A stretch of 62,455 nucleotides of DNA, filler included, from Mycoplasmatota bacterium (GTDB taxonomy: Bacteria; Bacillota_I; Bacilli_A; RF39; UBA660), in assembly GCA_012727915.1 (NCBI GenBank). It is 5 parts of 5 records of this genome, joined end to end, with 100 filler letters (N's around TTAATTAATTAA, not from the genome) between each part and the next. Parts side by side here need not be neighbours in the genome. Positions count along the whole stretch, not along the records: positions 53,348 to 62,455 come from JAAYGD010000013.1; 4 more parts are not named here. The stretch is one strand, 5' to 3'. Under the pieces are notes generated by a model, which was not told where the DNA came from, did not search any database, and saw only the letters and a program-made list of their open reading frames with translations. Each line of letters starts with the position of its first letter. Within the stretch, counting starts at the first letter, position 1. Positions 59,940 through 62,455 of this stretch are shown in pieces. The translations under genes were made by a program, and so were the position numbers.

Positions 59940-62330
59940 ATGTATAATTTTACTAAAATTGAAAAAAAATGGCAAAAAAGATGGGAAGAGAATAAAACAT
60001 TTAGTGTTAATGAAGATCTAAATAAAAAGAAATTTTATGCTTTAGTAGAGTTCCCATACCCAAGTGGTCATGGATTACATGTTGGACATGTTAAAGCATA
60101 TACTGGATTAGAGGTTTTATCTAGAAAGAGAAGAATGGAAGGATATAATGTATTATTTCCTATTGGTTTTGATGCTTTTGGATTACCTACTGAAAACTAT
60201 GCAATAAAAAATAAACTTCATCCTAGAATGGTTGCCGAAAATAATATTGCTATGTTTTTATCTCAAATCAAAAGGATTGGATATTCATTTGATTATGAAA
60301 GATTATTTAGTACAACTGATGAATCTTATTATAAGTGGACTCAATGGATATTTTTAAAGCTATATGAAAAAGGGTTAGCATTTAGAAGTAAAACGTTAGT
60401 TAATTATTGTCCAAGTTGTAAGGTTGTTCTATCTAATGAGGATAGTCAAAATGGAAAGTGTGATATATGTCACAATCAAGTTATTCAAAAAGAAAAAGAA
60501 GTATGGTATTTGAGAATAACTGAATATGCAGAAAAGTTATTAGAAGGATTAAATGATTTAGAATGTTCATCTAGTATAAAATTACAACAAGAAAATTGGA
60601 TTGGTAAAAGTGTTGGTGCTTTTGTTGATTTTAAGGTGGAGAATGATAAATTAAAAGTATATACAACAAGACCAGATACATTATTTGGAGTTACATTTAT
60701 GGTTATAGCGCCAGAACACGATATAATAGAAAAATATAAAGATAAAATATCAAATATAGAAGAAATATATAAATATAAAGATATTACAAAAAAGAAAACA
60801 GAGTTTGAAAGAATTAATTTAACTAAAGAAAAGACTGGAATTAAAATAGAAGGAATAAGCGCAATAAATCCTATTAATAATAAAGAAATTCCTATTTATG
60901 TTGCGGATTATGTAATGATGGGATATGGAACTGGCGCAATAATGGCTGTACCAGCTCACGATACAAGAGATTATGAATTTGCTAAGAAGTTTAATATAGA
61001 AATAATAAAAGTAATAGAAAGTGAAACTGATGAAATATTTGATGGTGATGGAAAGCATATCAACTCTGATTTTATAAATGATCTAAATAATGAAGAAGCA
61101 ATAAATAAAATGATAGACTATTTAGAAAAAAATAAAATCGGAGAAAAAGGAATTCAATATAAGATTAAAGATTGGGCATTTAATAGACAAAGATATTGGG
61201 GAGAACCAATACCTATAGTTCATTGTGATAGTTGTGGTCATGTACCAGTACCTTATGAAGATTTACCAATAAAATTACCTGAAGTTGAAAATTATGAACC
61301 TGGTAAAAATGGAGAAAGTCCATTAGCGAGTATTTCTTCTTTTGTAAATTGTAAGTGTCCTAAATGTGGAAAGGACGCAAAAAGAGAAACTGACACAATG
61401 CCACAATGGGCTGGATCTTCTTGGTATTATTTAAGATATACTGATCCTAGAAATGATAAAGAATTAGCGAGTAAAGATAAATTAAATTATTGGCTACCCG
61501 TTGATTGTTATAATGGTGGCATGGAACATGTTACAAGACATTTAATTTATTCAAGGTTTTGGCATAGATTTTTATATGATAATGGTTTAGTGCCTTATAA
61601 AGAACCTTATTTAAAAAGAACTAATCAAGGATTAATATTGGGACCAGATGGCGAAAAGATGAGCAAATCTAAAGGTAATGTAGTAGATCCTATGGATATT
61701 GTTGAAGGATTCGGAGCTGATACATTAAGGTTATTTATATTATTTTTAGGTGAATATGGTATGGATTCAGTTTGGAATGATGAATCAATAAAAGGTATAA
61801 GTAGATTTTTAGATAAAATATATAATATGAAGGATAAGATTATTAATAGTGAAGAATATACAAAATCATTAGAAAATAAAATAAATAAAACTATTAAAAA
61901 AGTTACTTTTGATATAGAAGACGCTAAATATAATACTGCAATATCTGAATTGATGATATTATCAAATGAGTATTCTAAATTAGATAATATCACTTCAAAA
62001 GATTACATTACTTTAATTAAATTATTAAATCCTTTTGCGCCTCATTTGACTGAAGAAGTAAATGAAATGTTAGGATATAAAGAAATCGCTTATTCTAACT
62101 GGCCAGAATACGATGAATCAAAAATGATAGATGATACTTATGAAATGATCATTCAAATAAATGGAAAAATTAGAGGAAAAGAAACTATTTCAACTAATAC
62201 TTCTAAGGAAGAAATGGAAAGAATTGCAAAAGAAAATGTTAATGTAAAAAAATATTTAGAAGATTCTATTATTCAAAAAGTAATAGTAATACAAAATAAA
62301 ATAGTTAATATTGTAATAAAATATAAATAA
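59940..62330 (+). CDS. leuS: Leucine--tRNA ligase
   Basis: FPYPSG..HVGH, YTTRPDT, RQRYWGEP, KMSKS. Confidence 0.97.
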   Translation: MYNFTKIEKKWQKRWEENKTFSVNEDLNKKKFYALVEFPYPSGHGLHVGHVKAYTGLEVLSRKRRMEGYNVLFPIGFDAFGLPTENYAIKNKLHPRMVAENNIAMFLSQIKRIGYSFDYERLFSTTDESYYKWTQWIFLKLYEKGLAFRSKTLVNYCPSCKVVLSNEDSQNGKCDICHNQVIQKEKEVWYLRITEYAEKLLEGLNDLECSSSIKLQQENWIGKSVGAFVDFKVENDKLKVYTTRPDTLFGVTFMVIAPEHDIIEKYKDKISNIEEIYKYKDITKKKTEFERINLTKEKTGIKIEGISAINPINNKEIPIYVADYVMMGYGTGAIMAVPAHDTRDYEFAKKFNIEIIKVIESETDEIFDGDGKHINSDFINDLNNEEAINKMIDYLEKNKIGEKGIQYKIKDWAFNRQRYWGEPIPIVHCDSCGHVPVPYEDLPIKLPEVENYEPGKNGESPLASISSFVNCKCPKCGKDAKRETDTMPQWAGSSWYYLRYTDPRNDKELASKDKLNYWLPVDCYNGGMEHVTRHLIYSRFWHRFLYDNGLVPYKEPYLKRTNQGLILGPDGEKMSKSKGNVVDPMDIVEGFGADTLRLFILFLGEYGMDSVWNDESIKGISRFLDKIYNMKDKIINSEEYTKSLENKINKTIKKVTFDIEDAKYNTAISELMILSNEYSKLDNITSKDYITLIKLLNPFAPHLTEEVNEMLGYKEIAYSNWPEYDESKMIDDTYEMIIQINGKIRGKETISTNTSKEEMERIAKENVNVKKYLEDSIIQKVIVIQNKIVNIVIKYK

Positions 62331-62363
62331 ATGATATAATCTATATAATAGTAGGAGGAAATT

Positions 62364-62455
62364 ATGCAATATAAAAATTATAATATAGATTTGTATTGTT
62401 CAGCATTAAATGAAGACATCGGAAAAATAAATGTATTATATAATAATTTAGAATC
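62364..62455 (+). CDS. Hypothetical protein (partial, runs off window)
   Basis: TGATATAAT promoter, AGGAGG RBS, ATG, frame open to window end. Confidence 0.6.
   Translation, partial: MQYKNYNIDLYCSALNEDIGKINVLYNNLE

Noticed and set aside
1310..61993. Many short antisense ORFs in the track (e.g. 1310, 8333, 9201, 12198, 12567, 30629, 47708, 57539, 61625)
   Set aside because: Shadows of well-supported genes on the other strand; no RBS or motifs.

Overview
Very AT-rich sequence from a walled, reduced-genome Bacilli-type bacterium. TGA is used as a stop, alr and ftsW are present, and the 5S rRNA is short, so an RF39-like lineage is inferred. The window is five contigs joined by artificial 100-nt N/TTAATTAATTAA/N linkers (7129-7228, 16618-16717, 28634-28733, 53248-53347), so adjacency across linkers is not meaningful. 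It is mostly housekeeping: 5S rRNA, tsaEB-rimI-tsaD, pcrA, topA, SAM-I riboswitch/metK, six tRNAs, recG, pilin/ftsW/comEA/comEC/holA, nrdG-nrdD-trxB, lexA/tkt/yneF, parE, rnhC, trxA, ABC-F and T-box/leuS. Orphan genes and two decayed accessory patches (around a Fic gene, and downstream of tRNA-Gly) are interspersed. Most notable: a class III RNR with a fused glutaredoxin-like CPNC domain co-transcribed with trxB; a WXG100-NlpC/P60 candidate type VII effector; an uncalled LexA-controlled 48-aa membrane protein at the yneA/sosA position; an attenuator leader on the uracil permease that lacks the PyrR motif; a GT2-nucleotidyltransferase fusion with a Nudix partner; a peroxiredoxin flanked by exact 37-bp direct repeats; and reading-frame breaks confined to orphan/accessory genes. 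No CRISPR array, transposase or integrase was seen.
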